A DNA stretch of 64,000 nt from Haliotis rufescens. Lineage: Eukaryota. A program made the position numbers and the translations under genes. This document shows, piece by piece, positions 62,201 through 64,000 of this stretch. Within the stretch, counting starts at the first letter, position 1. The number at the start of each line of letters is the position of its first letter. The stretch spans positions 70,308,001 through 70,372,000 of the forward strand of contig NW_025963779.1 of the NCBI RefSeq assembly GCF_023055435.1, written 5' to 3'. The notes under the pieces were generated by a model, which did not search any database, was not told where the DNA came from, and worked only from the letters and a program-made list of their open reading frames with translations.

Positions 62201-63737
62201 ACTGATTCTTCATACAGCAAATACCTTAAAAACAAGGGCTTAATATCACTAAAATACTACATCATGCAAGCATATAGACACCAACCTAAATTAAAGTTAA
62301 CTTGTAAGCATTGCATATATCTATATATCCGTGCTCGTCTTTCACATGGACAAACCCAAACAGTTGTAAGTAGATATCTAGGTGTTCCCACCAGTGTCTT
62401 TCTGTGGCCTGGAGGAGCCTGTAAGCTACTCACCCTGGTCGGGCCGGTGTGTCTCTCCCTCATACCACCAATATCTCTCTGAGGTGATGGGCCAGTATCA
62501 GGGGCACTCAACGACACAGGTGTCGACTGGAACACAACAAAAATCCTTAGTGCTCCACACGAGTAGGTACGAACAACACAAAATATATCACATATCAAAG
62601 TATACAAGTACTCTTTGTTTTCAAAATGTTATATGTTATTAATATCTTACAGTGTTTAATATGAAAGAAAACACCTTGTTCAAATATGCAGTATCTTCAA
62701 TGTTAAAGAATTTATTTTTTAAAACTTTTTTTTAAAAAACAAACTGCACCGAAGATTGACAATTCAGCTATAAAGTATCATAAAATAATTACATTAACAA
62801 GATAATGTCATAACTAAAAATATTCAGCACAAATGTTCATGCATCATCCAGGAAGTAATGGAAACTGAAGATATGGTATGTATGCCCTTCCATGCCTTCT
62901 CAATAGTTATGACTGATTGGAAGAGGGGCAAATGGTCAGATCTGATGGAAACACCTTGATGTTTGACAAGCATAATGCATGCAATACAGTATGGAATTAT
63001 GAAATGGCAGAGGGGTAAGGCAAGTGATACTATCATTTTAAAGATAAAAAGTAATTATTAATAAACAGTAGGTGATCTTTTTGGGAGCAACATCAAAATG
63101 CTTTAAGGACATAACATGGAATACAGAACTTTCCAAATAAAATCTCTAGAGATGCATGAATATGAACTGATTATGAATGCCACAAAGGCAGAACTAAAAC
63201 AAATACATTCACACTGCACATGTATGAGGTATGTGACCTATTTTCTGCCCACTTAAGACCAAAACATTTTAAACACTGTCCCATTAAACAATACTGTGAA
63301 AATTACAAAATCAATATATGGGCTAGCAGTATCAGCATCGAGTTTGCAGAAAACAGGAGTTACCAGACCAAACATAGTCTGTCAAAATCAGCACTGTTTC
63401 ATCATTATTAAGAATTTCTTGAATTTTGATGGAATTGTTTCAAATTTGACTTAATAAAAGATATGTAAGACTTCCCAAATGCTGTCAATACCAGCTACTG
63501 TCACATGGAGCCTGCGGATGTACAATGAGCATTATTTGCCATACTACGAAGAGATGAAAACGTGCGGCAAGTTTACTTGAGATCTCACCACTTGGCGGCC
63601 GACCCAGTCGAACTGCCAATCACAGTCATAGCTCATTTTCTCCATGAGACCTGTCAACAGTTTACGCAGGTAGTCGTAGTCTGGTGTTTCAAAGAAGTCC
63701 AACCGCCGAACATACCGCAGATAGGTTGCCAGTTCAT
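56208..63737 (-). CDS. CSNK1G: Casein kinase I gamma (gilgamesh/CSNK1G family), 3' exons; gene starts beyond the right edge
   Basis: Exons 63589-63737 ([26 protein letters not shown]...DWQFDW), 62434-62526, 60715-60819 ([11 protein letters not shown]), 57706-57812 ([24 protein letters not shown]...EVEVVDETK), then terminal 56608-56656 or 56208-56265 (Cys cluster plus polybasic tail). Confidence 0.93.
56608..56656 (-). CDS. CSNK1G: CK1-gamma terminal exon A ([16 protein letters not shown])
   Basis: ctgcttgcag| acceptor, phase 2; palmitoylation-type CCFF plus polybasic tail. Confidence 0.85.
57706..57812 (-). CDS. CSNK1G: CK1-gamma exon ([35 protein letters not shown])
   Basis: ttgcag| and |gtatgt; CK1-gamma C-terminal domain motif. 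Confidence 0.93.
60715..60819 (-). CDS. CSNK1G: CK1-gamma exon ([12 protein letters not shown]...[11 protein letters not shown])
   Basis: tttcag| and |gtagga, 105 nt, symmetric; resembles the LAADRHGGSVQ segment of vertebrate CK1g3. Confidence 0.85.
62434..62526 (-). CDS. CSNK1G: CK1-gamma exon ([18 protein letters not shown]...PTR)
   Basis: ttccag| and |gtgagt, 93 nt, phase 0/0. Confidence 0.8.
63589..63737 (-). CDS. CSNK1G: CK1-gamma exon, end of kinase domain
   Basis: tacag| and |gtgaga; [19 protein letters not shown]. Confidence 0.95.
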
Positions 63738-64000
63738 CTGTATAAAAACAAGAGTCATCAGAAGATGACAATCCCCCCAGCCCCCACATATTTGAAAGCA
63801 CAAATCATCTGACTGTCACATTAGGTTCAACTTGATGAGAGTATTTCTCTCTAATCTGTCCGTCCGTATACAAGAGTAGTTATTGTGCTATCAAAACAAT
63901 ACCATGGAATTCGGATTCGGAACTTTGTATTTCTATGTCAGGTACACACCAATATGAAGAGTCAAAAACAAAGTTGTTGCCACGGAAAGAGATTTCTTTC

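Noticed and set aside
61802-62482. 226-aa plus-strand ORF
   Set aside because: It is antisense to a CK1-gamma intron/exon, has no recognisable domain, and has a composition typical of chance ORFs.

Overview
Intron-rich, AT-rich animal genomic DNA. The SINE and HINE repertoire suggests a mollusc such as abalone, but that is inference. Three spliced host genes are present. (1) The 5' part of the AP-3 adaptor beta subunit gene, minus strand, 12 coding exons from the ATG at 17422 down to 423, continuing beyond the left edge. (2) A complete SCAMP gene, plus strand, 21334-39295, divergently oriented, with two 118-nt candidate mutually exclusive exons for the fourth TM segment. (3) The 3' part of casein kinase I gamma, minus strand, with two alternative Cys/polybasic terminal exons. 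The most unusual feature is in AP3B, where three exon/intron junctions have each been tandemly amplified into the adjacent intron: 81 x 63-bp acceptor units (in frame, stop-free), about 25 x 36-bp donor units and 7 x 107-bp donor units. This creates long arrays of decoy splice sites. Also present are palindromes with Penelope-type minimal hammerhead motifs, an internally deleted DIRS retrotransposon with ITRs and ICR, a mariner, a LINE carrying nested Tc1 and SINE insertions, Helentron-like elements, MITEs and several SINE families. No CRISPR array, rRNA or true tRNA gene is supported.
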